Below, piece by piece: positions 34,493 through 47,513 of a DNA stretch of 64,000 bases. The position numbers were made by a program, and so were the translations under genes. The notes under the pieces were generated by a model. The model had not been told where the DNA came from. It worked only from the letters and a program-made list of their open reading frames with translations, and did no database searches. The stretch comes from Hyaloraphidium curvatum SAG 235-1. Lineage: Eukaryota; Fungi; Monoblepharomycota. Positions within the stretch are counted from its first letter, which is position 1. Every line of letters begins with the position of its first letter. Where the stretch lies: the NCBI GenBank assembly GCA_025558095.1, contig JAIVFI010000018.1, forward strand, positions 558,001-622,000. Direction: 5' to 3'.

Positions 34493-37400
34493 TCACGCCA
34501 GGGAGATGAGCGACGATATGCTCTCCATGAACCTCTCGAGCGCCCACCGCACCTCGGCCCTGTCCACGTGGATCATCCGGATGCCCAGCCGGAAGAAGGC
34601 CGGCACGCCTCGGCGCAGCCCGGCGTACCGGCCTCCCTCGGGCATCTGCGAGTCCCGGTGGTGCGCGTCCACGAATGCCGCCAGGTCACGGTACGCCGAC
34701 GCGACGAGTGGGGACCACTGCGCGACCTCCTTGGCGTAGCGCTTCTGTTCCCGCGCGTGTTCCACGAACCGCGCAAACACAGCCGACAGCAGGGAGACGA
34801 GGCTGGGGGCGAGCTCCGCGCGCACCGTTGGCGGGCTACCCGGCTGTCCGAATACCAGGAGAGGGCAATCCGCGGGGGGTAGGCCTTCGATCCTCACCCC
34901 GGCCTCGCGAGCCTCGGCGAGCCACGACGGGACAGAGTCCATCTCCACCTGCTCCCCGTCCCCGAGCCGTACGTAGAGCGCCGACATTGTCCGCAGCAAG
35001 CTCGACAGGCCGACGACCTCCTGCTTGGAGAGGTTGGGCATCTGCGGCACGAACCCGCGGCGGAAGATGGCAGTGCGCCGCTCCGTGTCCTGGTTGAAAG
35101 CGTAGGCGAAGGCGTACGAGTCCCTGAACAGCTGGAGCCACCGGTTTCGCACGGCCGGAGGGGCAGATGCCAACGCAGGGTTGAGGGGAAGCGATCCCCC
35201 GGCGGCGGGTCCGGCGCCAGATGCTGCCTCCCTCGGGCCCGTCCCACTGGCCGTCGTCGATACGGTCGATTGCGCATCGTCCTCACGCCACGAAGACGGG
35301 TCCGCAGCCACGCTCCCGCTGCTGACGCCGGGCCCGACGGGCCGGGCCCCAGACTGCTCCGACAGCGCCGCGTCGCGCGCACTCTGGATCAGCTCGAGGT
35401 GCACCGCCGCACGCACAATCACCGAGTCGAAGTCCAGCACGGTCGTTGTCCGTCTTCGGGGAGGTTTGGCGGCGGGAGTTGGTGCTGGAGAGGGCACCCG
35501 CTCGGGGAAAGCGCCTTCCGCGGGCGTCTCCGCCACTGGAGAAGCGACCAGCGCCAAAGCCGCTGCTGCTGCCTCCTCCCCAGCGTCGGCAGCCTGCACC
35601 CCAACCACAACCGCTTCAGCCTTATGCGGCTTGTACTCCCAAAAAAGCAGGTCACGCGGTGTGCTCACGTCAAACGCCCGCACAAGCGCGTCCGTCACCA
35701 GCTCCCACGCTCCAGGCCTTTCTGAGAGCCGCCCGACGATGTCCCGTAGGAAGCGCTGTAGGCAGATGGCCCCCGTGCTGGCCAAGTTCTCGTTGCGCCG
35801 CCCGATCATGGGCACAACGAGGTCGAGCACCGCGCGGAGGAGCTCCAACGGCTCGGCAAGGCGGAGAAATAACGCCCCGGCGAGGTCAACGAGCTCCCGC
35901 AGCGCCTGCACCCAGATGGCCGCCTCTTCCGTTGACGGCTGCGTGCTGTCGCCCTCGTCTCCACCACGGTCCCCAAGGCCCTCGAAGATGGGCCACACCA
36001 CGCTGCGCCGGATGTTGCGCCACATGCCCGTATCGAAAAGGTGACCTGATTGCTTCAGCACCGAGAAAAGAGCTTCGGTCGCCTCGCCCCGCACGCCGGG
36101 CGAGGTGTTGTCGATCACAACTCGCGAAAGCGCCGAGAGGATAGGAAACCACATAAGATAGAACTGCTCCTCGCTCGCGCCGTTCCAGGCCGCGGCCGAG
36201 TCCAATGCTGGCTCCTCCGCCAGCACGATCGGCTCGTCCGCAACGTGATGGGAAAACGACTCCGCGGGCCCGTCCCGCGGCGTGTGCACGATGAAACTCT
36301 CCCGTCTGCTCGCCGCGGCGACCGCAGCCGCAGACACTTTTGCTTCAGGCCCAAGCTCGAGCAGCTTGACTGCGCACCCTTGAAGCAGCCGGATGCTCCC
36401 CACCACCACCTCATCTCCAGCCGCTCGTGTCGCCCGGCTTTTGGTCCCGCGCTCGGATCTCTGCCCTGCCTGGGCAAACTCCTTGAGGCACGCGATGTAC
36501 TCCGCGAACCCGCCGCTGGCCACAACAGGCTCCACTGCGTCCTGGTACACCAGCTGCGCCGCCGAAAAGGCGTTGCGCACGAGCGACGGCTGCGACTCGT
36601 GCGCCGCCCGGCCGAGGACAGACCAGATGCTCTTCCACCCGGAGCGGATGTTGCCCGCCCGCGCAGAGATCATCTGCTTGAGCGACTGCACAATCAGGTC
36701 CTTGATGGCCGTGCTGGCGCTGTTGCGCATAATATGCTCAAACGAGCGGAGGAAGTCGGACTGCGTGTTGTAGTGGCTGAGCTCGTCTCGTTCCAAGAAC
36801 TTCATGCTCAACTGACGCAGGGCATCGACAGCAAAGGTGGCCACGATGGGGTCGGGATGGCAGCCCATTGCGTTGAAGTGGGGCTGCAGGATCCGCCAGA
36901 TGGCCGAGAACTCGTAGCGGACTGTGGAGAGAGGGGTTTAGAGTGAGACAGTCAGCAACATAACGTCAACGGCGCAACGCGGAACCCACTCCTGAACATG
37001 TTGTAGTACGCGACCTCGACCACCTTCTGGAGCGAGTACATCCTCGCCCCCGAGCCGGTGGAAAACACGGATGACAGCGAGGTCGACGAGGGCGTCGCGG
37101 TGACGAGGATGGAAGGCTGCGACTGCACGGCCGAATTCGGCCCCGTGCTCTTGGCCGAGGTGTCCTCCATGCCCACCTCCTCGGCAGACACATCGCACAG
37201 GCTCCTGAAGAAGGCCTGCACCGCGGGGCCCGAGAGCGATACCGTGCTGGAGAAGATTCGGTCGATGGCGACCAGCGTGTCCTGGCTCTGGATCTGCTTC
37301 ACGAGCTGGCCGAGCGAGGCGGCCTTGGCCTGGTCCGAAGGCATCACGACGTTGCCCGAGAACATCCGCGTCGGTCCCAAGTTCGATGGCCGCGAAGCCA

Positions 37401-40400
37401 CCTCCGAGCCGCCGTCATCAATCTCGAAGAGAGACTGGAAGACGGCGCTGGACCGCCCGCTGCCCTCGCCGTCCCCGCCGCCGAACGCGCTCCGGGCCTC
37501 GATCAGCTGCGTCCGCTCCAGCAGAGAGATGGACTTGAGCACGTCCAGCCAGCTCGTGTCCAGGTACTCGCCGAGCACGCCCGCCAGGGTGATGAGCGTC
37601 TTGACCGCCTTGACGTTGCGCGCCCGCATCTCGGCGACCTTGGTCAGGCCCGTCATCTTGGCCAGCGACGAAACAAAGGCGTTGCGCTCCGTCTCCATCC
37701 GGAAGATGCCCGACACCCGCACGCAGCCCGCAAGCCCGCGCAGGCACAGGTCCACCGACGGGTAGCTGTCGTCCCCGGCCGAGGTGACCACGCGCCCCTT
37801 GTGCCCGTCGATCTTGCCCGCCGAGATCTCGAGGATCTGCGCCTCGAACCTCGCCTGGCCCGCGCCGTCCTCGGCGCCCACCGCCGCCCCGTCCTCGAGG
37901 TTGCCCTCGTGCTCGAACATGAGGCTGAAGGCCGCCAAGAGCGCCCAGCACGCGGTCCGGAACATGGACCTCGCGAGGTCCGGGTTGCTCGCCGACCTGA
38001 AAGCCAGCTGGTTCTCCTCCGACACGGCCTTGGACATGGCCGACGTCGCCGGCGCCCGGCCCGACCGCGCCCCCGCCGCGCCCTTCTGCATCAGCGCCTG
38101 GCTGCGCTTCTGCATCTGGGCCATCTCGCGCTTGTACATGTCCCCGCGCTCCTTCTCGTCGGCGGCCTTTTCCCTGCGCGCACGCTCGGCCTCCTCGCGC
38201 TCCTCCTCGAGCACGATCTCGTTGCCAGAGATGTCGTCGAAGATGGACGAAAGCAGGTGCTCCGGCAGGTCCGCGCCCGAGTTGATGCCACGGTTGTTGC
38301 GGATGAAGGCCGCCTTGTCCATCTTGTTCTTGACCTTGGCCGAATGCTGGTCCACGTTGAGCATGATGACCGAGTAGGCCAGCGTGTAGGCCGTGTCGGC
38401 GCTGGCGAATGAGTCGGGATTGCACTCGAGGAAGCGGTCCGCGAACTTTTCCATGATGCGGTCGATCTTCTGCGCCTCGCCTGGCAAGCGGAAGGTCTGC
38501 AGGAAGCTCCGCAGCGCGTCGACAAACGCCAGGCCGGCAAAGTCCATCGAGTCGATCCAGGCGTGCATGACTTTGATCGACTCGGGATCGCCCTCGCCCA
38601 GCAGCTCCCCCAAGGCCGACTTGGTGATGCCGATCGACGGGTTGTCCCGCAGAAAAGCAACAAGCGCCTGCGGGTCGTCCGCTGGCACGAACCCGTTCTC
38701 GACAAACATCCTGATGCCCTTCTTGGGCTTGCCGTTGAAGACCTGCACCGCCTGCCGCAGGTTCTGCTTGCGCGAGGCCAGCTGCTCCACGTGCGACTGC
38801 GACCCCGCCGACTCGGAGAGCGGGCCGTTGGTCGAGGTCGCCGAGCCGGGCTCGGGATCGGTCGTCCGCGCGTCGCCGTTGTCCGCCCCGTCCCCGCCCT
38901 CGGAGGGGAAGTTGTACCGGATATCGGCGTCCCGCGTGAGCGCGTCCAGCGGCCGCTTGAGCAGCAGCACCGGATGCGGGTCGTGCCCCTCCCCGTGTCC
39001 GTCATCGTACGATGCCCGCCCCGCGCCGTCGCCGTCTGCGGTCCGCGGCGACGCCGTCCCCGCCGCCGCCGCCGCCGCCGGCCTCGACCAATCCACCAGG
39101 CTCTCCACGACCGCCACCAGCGTCCTCATCCCCTGCCTCTTGAGCTTCCTCTCCTCCTCCGTCGCCGGCGGCCCCTGCCCCGCCTGCCCCCCCAGCCCCG
39201 CCGCGGGCGCGCCCATCCCCTGCCCCTGCGCCACCCGCCCGCACGTTTCGACGATCTTCTCGAACAAGCCCTCGCGCCCGATCTCGCAGTCGTAGTTGAC
39301 GTACAGGTCCGCGAGCACCTGGCTCTCGGCCGCCAGCTTGGCCAGGCACTGCAGCACCGCGAGCTTCTGCGCCCCCGCGGCGTTGGGCATCTCCAGCACG
39401 TACAGGTAGATGTTGACCAGGAGCACCTCGATCTCGCGCTTCAGGAGGGGGCGCCACCCCGCGACGAGGAGGAGGAAGGCCGAGATGCCGAGCTCGAAGA
39501 GGGCGGGGTCCGTGACGACGGCGTTGCGCGACAGGGAGAGGCACAGGGAGCGCTGCACAGCCGAGATGATGGCGGGATCGGTGCGGAACCAGGAGGAGGA
39601 GACGCCCTGGCGGAGCATGGTGAGGCAGGATTCGAGGGCGATGGTGCGGCACCGCAGCACGGCGGGCGGGAGGTCCTCGGGGGTCAGGGCGGCGACGGGA
39701 GATTCGGAGAACATGGAGAGCTTGCAAAGGATGCGGAAGACGGTGGCGACGTCCGCTTTGAGGAGGGCCGCGCGCGCCCCGAGCTCGTCGAGGTCGTTGC
39801 GGAGCCGGGGGTCCGCGGCCACCTGTTTGGCGAGCTGGCGGTGGGTCTGGTCCTGTGCCTCGGCCTTGGAAAAGAGATTGTTGAGCATCTGCGTCAGGGC
39901 GCCGCGCGCGGTCTGCTGGCTGACGGAGCTCTTGGTGTTGGAGTAGATGTTGATGGCCGTCTGGATGGCGGTGAGCAGAGCGGTGGAGTGCAGTTTGATC
40001 GTGGGTGTCGTGGAGAGCGTCAGGAGGCACTGGAATGTGTGGGTCGCAATGGTGAGATTCAAAATCAGCGGCCGAGGCCGTGAGGCCGCCCACCTTGAGG
40101 ATGTTGAGTTGCACCGCGTCGTCCGTCGTCGGCCCGTCAAAGCACTCCGCAATAGTCGTCACGATCTCCTCCACCGTCAATGACTTGTCCGCCGTCGTCG
40201 AACCCGCCGCCGGGTTCGGCGAAGCCGGGGGCGGGGTCGCGTCCGCGGGTGTGGACGGCGCCGGCGGGGGAACCGGAGCCGGGACGCCCTTGAGCAGCCG
40301 GAAGGCCACCAGCTTCTGAATGCAGCCGAGGGCGGCGTTCTGCAGGCGCGGCGACTGCTCCGGATGGCAGCCCATTTTGAACGGCAGCCAGTACTTGTCG

Positions 40401-40794
40401 GCGCTACGGCCACCGGCGAAAGGGGGGCAAAGAGGGGTCAACCGGGCCGACACGGGGATCACAAGACCGCCACCCACGCGCCCTCGAGCAGCAGGCCGGG
40501 GTCCTTCGCCTCCTCCCGCTTCTTGACGTCCTCCAGCGCGGCCCTCGCGGCCTCCCTCACTTTCCTGCCCGACGGGCGGTCGCCCTCGCCGTTCGCGTCG
40601 CCGTCGCTGCCGCCCGCCCGGCCGCCGAAGGAGAGCAGCCCCGAAAGACCCGTGCCGAGCGAGATGCCCGCGACCGTCGGCGCCGTCTCGGCAGCGAGCT
40701 TCTCGAGCTGCGTGCGGAGCTGCGCGACGGGGACCGCCGGCGCCGCCCGGCCCGGCGCCGCCCCGCCGTCCGCCTCGGCGCCGTCGTCGGCCAT
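34493..40794 (-). CDS. SEC7: Sec7/BIG-family large Arf guanine-nucleotide exchange factor (multi-exon)
   Basis: DCB domain (ALGCIQKL), HUS box YVNYDC, Sec7 motifs FRLPGEAQKIDRIMEKFA and YSVIMLNVDQH, HDS motifs LQKVVEVAYYNM, DALRQLSMKFLE, IRSGWKSI, WFPIL. Confidence 0.97.
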
Positions 40795-41383
40795 GTCGGC
40801 GCCCTTTGCAGCGCGCTCCGCCGGGCTAGAGGGGGGAATGCGGCCGCGGTGGGGCCGGCATGTGTGCTGCGTTGGCCGTTGCGGCGGGGCTGGCTCGCGC
40901 GCCCAAACTTGACCGCCGAATCAGCGGTCGCCGATCACCTCCGGATGACCTCGAAATCAAAGAGGGCTCCTGATCGTATTTGGATTGAGTTGGCAGCTGG
41001 TGGATCTGCCGCAATTGGAGGGCGGGGACGAGCTCCTGCACAGAGAATCGAAAGTCGCGCCGGAACGCCCTGCTTGCTTCTTGGACCGTGATCAGGCACA
41101 AAAATCTGTAGCAAAAGATCAAGCCAAAGGTCCGAATGGTCGTTGTTTTCAGTTGTTTGGGGGCGCCCGGTGGCGGGGGAGGATTGGGCGCGCCCTCGTC
41201 CGATCGACGGCCCGCGACCATCACCTCACTCAACTCCCCTCACAGGTGCGACTCTCCTGAGCCGGCATCTACTGCACGCCCCTCTAAATCACTCTTCCGT
41301 CTTATCTCTTGTCCCGCGCAGCGCCCCGCCGCCGCCCGCCGCCGTTTCATGCGCGCCGCGCCCGCCGCCCCGCCGACGCCGAA

Positions 41384-42234
41384 ATGCCCTCCCGCGCCCT
41401 CCTCGCCGCCGCGCTCCTCGCCGCGCTCGCCGCGCTGGCCTCCGCCGACCTGCTCTGCCTGACCAACCTCGGTGGGCCGCGACAGGTGGCCAGCTGGCCG
41501 TTCGCACCGCTGACTTGGCGATCCGCCGCTCCAATCGTTCCTCACCCGCGCAACCAGCAGAGCGCCAGAAAGCAGGCCTCGCCCCTCTCCATCTCTCCCC
41601 CGAGCTCCAGGCAGCCGCGCAGGTGCACTCGGACGACATGGCCGCGGGCGGGTTCATGTGTGCGTGCTCCGGGGACCGATCCGGTTCCGAATCTCATCCG
41701 AAATCTCTTTCCCCGCGCACAGCGCACACGGGATCGGACGGCAGCTCTCCCTGGGACCGCTTCGCCCGCTTCGGGTTTACCGACCTCCGCACGGGGGGCG
41801 AGAACGTCGCCGCGTAGGTCTCGGTCTCCTTGCTCCCCAGCTCCCCGATCAACTAACTTTCGGCGATCGCAGCGGCCAGACGACCGAGGAGCAGGTGATG
41901 GCCTCGTGGATGGGCTCGCCGGGGCACAGGGCCAACATCCTCAGCGCGGATTTCACCTTCTTTGGCGGGGCGAGGGCGGGGAACTACTGGAGTGCGTCCA
42001 TCACCCGCTGGGTGCCATCGAGGCTGATCATCCTTTCGTGCAGCCCAGACTTTCGCGGCGACGTTCAGCGACCCCGGCCCGGCCGCCCTCTGCGGTTCTT
42101 CCCCTCCGCCGCCCCCTCCTCCTCCCCCTGCCCCGGTGCCTGCTCCCTCCCCCTCCCCTCCCCCCGCGCCCTCGCCGACGCAGACCTGCGGCTGGCGCTG
42201 CAGGCGGTGGGGATGCCGCTGGCGGTGCTGGTGA
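41384..42234 (+). CDS. Secreted CAP/SCP (YkwD-like) protein with Pro-rich linker and cationic 4-Cys C-terminal peptide (5 exons)
   Basis: Signal peptide, LTNLAERQKAGL, AAQVHSDDMA, HTGSDGS, GENVAAG, WMGSPGHRANIL, NYWTQTF; last exon ends QTCGWRCRRWGCRWRCW* (TGA 42232-42234). Confidence 0.9.
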
Positions 42235-42608
42235 ACGATCGATCGATGGAACGATGCTGGAGCGCGGGCGTGCGGATGCGGAGTAGATAGGTAGCTTATG
42301 CGACGATACCAAGAGTTATGTGCGGATGTAGAGTATTTGGAGCATCAGAGGGCGAAACGACGAATGGGGTCCATTTCCCTCGAGCGACAAAGTCATGCGC
42401 TCGCAAACTCGGCCTCGACGTCCGGTGAAGATTGGCGCATTTTTCGGACCGAAAGACACAGCGGCGGAGGTTTGGTCGCAGGCGGGACTGGAGGATCTTC
42501 CACCCCAATCCCGCCACAGCCGCACTCGTCCACACAGCTCGTTACCGCACACGAATAAAAGGGTGCCATTCCGGACCCGTCCGCATTCCGCAACAAACAG
42601 AAACGACA

Positions 42609-43232
42609 ATGCGCTCCGCCCTCTCCGCCCTCGTGATTCTCTTCTCTCTTGCCGCCATCGGGGCCTCCGCTTCCGCGGTTCCCCGCGGGCCCTCCGAACC
42701 CGCCGCCGAAGCCGCTGCGCCTGCGACGGACCACCCCGAACTTTCGAAGCGGGCCTTCTACAACCCCAACGTGCCCCTGTTGCAGGGCAACGTGCCCACC
42801 GCGGCCGGCAACTTCCTCCTGGCGCCGTATGTCAAATCCGTCGTGTTCACGTCGGGCATTCTCGGGGTCTGCGAGAACGGCGGCATCTCGTTCAAGCCCA
42901 ACGTGAAGATCACCGTGTGCAACACGCAGAACTTGAACCCAGGCGCCGTGACTGGCCACATCGTGTTGCGAAAAGGCGACGCCAGCAAGAAGGTGATACA
43001 GACCCAGCCTTTGAACTCGAAGAGCGCCGCCGCGGCGCCGGCGGGGGCATGCCCGTGGGGCAAGGGCGTGGTTGTCGTTGCGGACGCTTGGTTCTGGTTC
43101 AACGAGATCCCTACGGCGGCGCCGATGGAGCTCGTCGCCGGGGTGAAGTTCAACAACAACCAGCAGGGCGTCGGGAGCTCCGTGGTAGTGTTGCCGCCGG
43201 GCAAGTGCGGACTGCAGACGGGGACCTTTTGA
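42609..43232 (+). CDS. Secreted pre-pro-protein of unknown function
   Basis: Signal peptide, acidic/Ala propeptide ending ELSKR (Kex2-like site), beta-rich mature region with four Cys. Confidence 0.75.
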   Translation: MRSALSALVILFSLAAIGASASAVPRGPSEPAAEAAAPATDHPELSKRAFYNPNVPLLQGNVPTAAGNFLLAPYVKSVVFTSGILGVCENGGISFKPNVKITVCNTQNLNPGAVTGHIVLRKGDASKKVIQTQPLNSKSAAAAPAGACPWGKGVVVVADAWFWFNEIPTAAPMELVAGVKFNNNQQGVGSSVVVLPPGKCGLQTGTF

Positions 43233-43413
43233 CCTTCGCGCTGTATCGTCGTCAATGAAGTCGATGAAAGCATAGATCCCTCCGCGATCGGAAAGCCGTG
43301 ATTCGTCGCGTGATCAGTCAGGGCCCTCTGGTCCCCTCCCGCAGAGGTCCGCACCCCGGAGCGGCGCATCTTCCGCCTCATCCGCCCGTCCATATTGACG
43401 ACACCCACCTGCG

Positions 43414-45379
43414 ATGTCGTCGCTGCAAACCTCCGGCGCGCCCGTGCCGGTCCTTCCGGTCGGCGACGGCGCGGCCTCCCTCAAGAAGACGGCCCTCATC
43501 GAGAAGGAGGAGACGCCCGAGAAGACCGAGGACAAGACGGAGGAGAAGACGGAAGAAAAGGCCGAGGAGAAGGTCGAAGAGACGGCCGAGGAGCCCAAGA
43601 CGGACGATGCCGCCGCGAAACCCGCCCCCGCGGGGGACGCCGCCGGCGACGCCAATCCCTTCAAGTCCGCCGCATCGGGCTCCGAGCAGGAGGTCGTGGC
43701 CGGGCTGCCCATTCCCCTGCCCGAAGGTGCGTCGGGATTCGGTCTCCGCGGCGGTGGCATCGGGTTCTGACGGACGTCGGGCCGAACTGTCCCCCCTCCC
43801 CGCCATCGCCCGTTGCAGGCTGGATTTCCGAGTACGACAACGAGAGCAAGCAGTGGTACTTTGTCAACGAGAACGTGGACCCCCCGGAGATCACCTGGGA
43901 TGACCCGCGCAAGAAGGAGATCGACTCGCTGGCCAGCCAGCTGAAGGACCCCAAGCTCGGCACGGACGAGAACGTGGCGAAGAAGGAGGCCGAGGAGAAA
44001 TCAAAGGCAGAAGCTGCCGCAAAGGCCGAGGCTGAAGGTCGGACGTGCCGCGTCGCGGACTTGGACCAGAATCGCTGATCTTTCTTCTAGCCGCCGAAGC
44101 CGCGAAGAAGGCCCAGGAGGCGGTCGACGCCGCGAAGACGGCCGAGGACCACCGCAAGCTCGCCGAGCAGGCCCAGAAGGCCGCCGACGAAAAGGCCGCC
44201 GCCGACCGGCAGGCCAAGCTCGAAGCCTCGCGCGAGGCCGCTAGGAAGCAGGCCGAGGAGGCCGCCGCCGCCGCAGCAGCCGCCGCGCAGGCCGCGAAGG
44301 AGGCGCAGGAAGCCCAGGCGCGCGCCGAGGAGGCCCTGCGCAGGAACAAAGCGGCTGCAGACGCTGCCGCCCGTGCCGCCGAGCTCGAAAGGCTTGCCGC
44401 CGAAGCCCGCAAGCAGGCCCAGGACGTGTCGGACGCCGCCCTTGACCCCAGCAAGCCGCTGCCCGCGGTCACGCTGCCCAACGCCGCCGCGGCCGCGGTC
44501 CAGATGCACCAGGGCGCCAACCCGTCGAGTGCGGCGTTCCCGCACGAGGGCTGGATTTCGCAGCTGGATCCCAAGTCGGGGCGTTACTTCTTCATCGACA
44601 GGAGCAAGAACCCGCCCCTCATCACCTGGGTCCGTAGAGCGCTCCGTTCGATCGCTCTGTCTGACATTTTGGTTGCAGGACGACCCCCGTACCGCCGAGA
44701 TCGAGACGGCGCCCGCTGCCCCTGCTGGAGCGCAACCGCAGAGGGCGGCACCTCAGCAGCCGCAGCAGAGGCCTACCAGGCCCCCGATCTGCACGCGCAA
44801 CCACCAGATGGTGTTCCAGGGCATCACGACCTACGTGGGTTCTTCCAGACTCCGCCGGAAAGGGATCTGACCCGATTGTTCCGCCAGTACGTCTGTGACT
44901 CGTGCGGCAACCGCCGCGACATGCCCGGCGAGATCCACGCCCGCTGCCCGGCCTGCAACCAGGACTTCTGCCCAGCCTGCACACCTGTTCCTGCGCAGGC
45001 CTTCTACCAGCAGCAGCAGGTGATCGCCCCGCCCCCGGCGATGCCCCCGCCGCAGCAGTACGCGCCTCCGAAGCAGTCCCCGCCCCCGCCGCAGCAGAGC
45101 AGCGGGATGGGCATGGGCGGTGCGCTCGCGGGAGCCGCGCTGATCGGCTTGCTGGCGAGCAGCGGCAACAACAGGAGGCCCGGGTGCGTGCGCCGTCCCT
45201 GTGCGCTTTTTTTGAGGCTGACGCCCGCACGCAGCTACGGAGGTGGCTACGGAGGCGGCTATGGAGGCGGTTACGGGGGAAGGCCCGGCCAGGGCGGCTA
45301 CGGCGGGCCCGGTGGTTACGGCGGCGCTCGGCCCGGCATGGGCGGCGTGCACGCCAACCCCAGGCCTCCGGGGTGGTAG
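43414..45379 (+). CDS. WW - coiled coil - WW - zinc finger - Gly/Tyr-rich tail protein, paralog of 19632-21488 (multi-exon)
   Basis: LPEGW..WYFVNE..ITWDDPR; EGWISQLD..YFFID..ITW/DDPR; CTRNH..CDSC..H..CPAC..DFCPAC; YGGG repeats. Confidence 0.8.
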
Positions 45380-45529
45380 AACACGTAATTCGCGGAGACC
45401 ATACATTTAGCGACGGATAACTTAGTGGCCGGCAGTGGAAAGCTTAGCTAAAAGACCAGTGTTACTTCTCATGATCGAGGAACACGACGGCTATAAGATC
45501 CATATCTCCGTCCGCGCGATCCAACCCGC

Positions 45530-46718
45530 TCAGAGGCGGCCGCGGAGCTCGCTCTCGAGCCTGCGGTACTGCTCGTGCTTCTTCCTGATCTCGTCGGCCT
45601 TCTTGAGCTCAGCCCTGGCGAGCTGCTGGGCGTGCGCCTCGTCGGGGCCGTCCGCGAAGCGGAGGTGGCGGATGTGGGCGTACTGGACGAAAACGCATCA
45701 GCGAGGAGAAGGGCAGCGAGGGGCATGAGAGAGCATACCATGTTGGCGAGCTCGGTCGACTGCGAGATGCCGAGACCACCGTGGCACTGGATGGCGCGGT
45801 CTTCGAACACAAATCCGTCAGCAAACAGCCCAGATGAACAAACTGCGAAACACCTCACCAATGATGTCGCAGACCATGTGGGGGATGGCGATCTTGGCCA
45901 TCGCGATCTCCTTGATGGCGCCCTTGTACCCGCGGCGGTCCATGGCCAGCGCGGCGTTGTACACCAGGCGGCGGCACATCTCGAGCTCGATGCGCGACTT
46001 GGCGATCTCCCACTGGATCTTGCCCTGCTCGCCCTTGAGCTTGCCGAAGGGGCGCTTCTTGGTGTTGGTGGCCTCCATGAGGAAGAGCTCCATGGCGCGC
46101 TCGGCGACGCCGAGGGTGCGCATGCAGTGCTGCAGGGCGAAAACTGTCAGCAGGGTCGATTGTCGAGGGGACGAAGTGACCCACGTGGATGCGGCCACCA
46201 CCAAGACGGCCCTGGAGAACCTCGAAGCCGCGGCCCTCACCGAGGACGAGGTTCTCGGCGGGGACCTTGACGTTCTCGAAGATCATCTCGTCGTGGCCAG
46301 CCGGGGCATCGTCGTAGCCGAACACTGGAGGCGGACCCCGTCAGCGGAATCGGACGACTTTCGGGTCGACGCTCACCGTGCATGTGCCTGACGATGGTGA
46401 TGCCGGGGGTCGGGGTCCCGTCCTCCTGGAACTTGGGAATGAGGACCACCGACTGCGAGGTGTAGCGCTCGCCGTTGGGGTTGGACTTGCCGACGAGGAT
46501 GTACAGCTTGTTGAGAGGGTGCGACGAGTTGGAGATCCAGTGCTTGCGGCCGTTGATGAAGTAGTGCTTGCCGTCGGCGCTCTTGGTGATCGAGCACGAG
46601 ATGTTGGCGGCGTCGGACGAGGCCACGTCGGGCTCGGTCATGGCAAAGGCCGAGCGGATCTGGCCCTCCATGAGGGGCACGAGCCACTTCTTGCGCTGCT
46701 CCTCGGTGCCGAACTTGG

Positions 46719-46749
<31 letters not shown>

Positions 46750-47280
46750 GGAGCAGTTGGTGGCGTACGAGGCGATGCCGCTGCGGCCGAGGACCTCGCA
46801 GACGACGGCGTACTCCATGGTGGTCAGACCGGGCGACAGGGGGCCGTACTCCTCGGTCCTGAGGTGGGCAGGACGCGCAGGGGAGGATCAGGCACAGATG
46901 GTCAGACAAGCGATCGGGCGCGAGCGCCGCTGCCGACTCACAGGAAAAGGTTCCACAGGCCGAGCGACCGCGCCTTCTTCTTGAGCTGCTCCATCACGGC
47001 GGGGACGCCGTTCCAGCGGCCGAGCTTCTCGAGCTGCTCGCGGTAAATGGGCTCCGCGGGACTGACCGTCCGCCATCATGTCAGAGTGCCATCGCGAACA
47101 CACAACGCGCCGTCCTCACATGCAGTCATTCTCTGCGGGGAGGCGTCAGCGGGTGTGGCGTCGTTGGGGGGCATCGCGGCACGCACCGACAAAGTCCTTG
47201 ATCTTCTGGAGCGTCTCCGCCGCGTAGGGCGAGAGGACGACGCCGCTCTCGTGGACAACACCCTTCTCGCCGTGGGTCAT
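45530..47280 (-). CDS. Acyl-CoA dehydrogenase, ACAD10/11 (IBR3-like) type (multi-exon)
   Basis: [70 protein letters not shown]; ends GRL*. Confidence 0.95.
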
Positions 47281-47513
47281 CGTGTCGCGTCTGGACGGAG
47301 GAGGGGAGGGAGGCGGGCGGGGATGCGGCGCGGGACTTTGCGTGAAGCCGGAGCCGGTCCGCACGGTCAGTCGGCCCGCCACCACGAACGGGCCGACCTC
47401 CCTGTCACCCAACGGTTCACGCGACCCGCGTTTGGCGAGGCAGCCGGCCCCCGGAGCACGTGCACGTGTTTGGAAACAGAACAACCGCGTCTTTTCCCGG
47501 CTTCCGGACGGAA

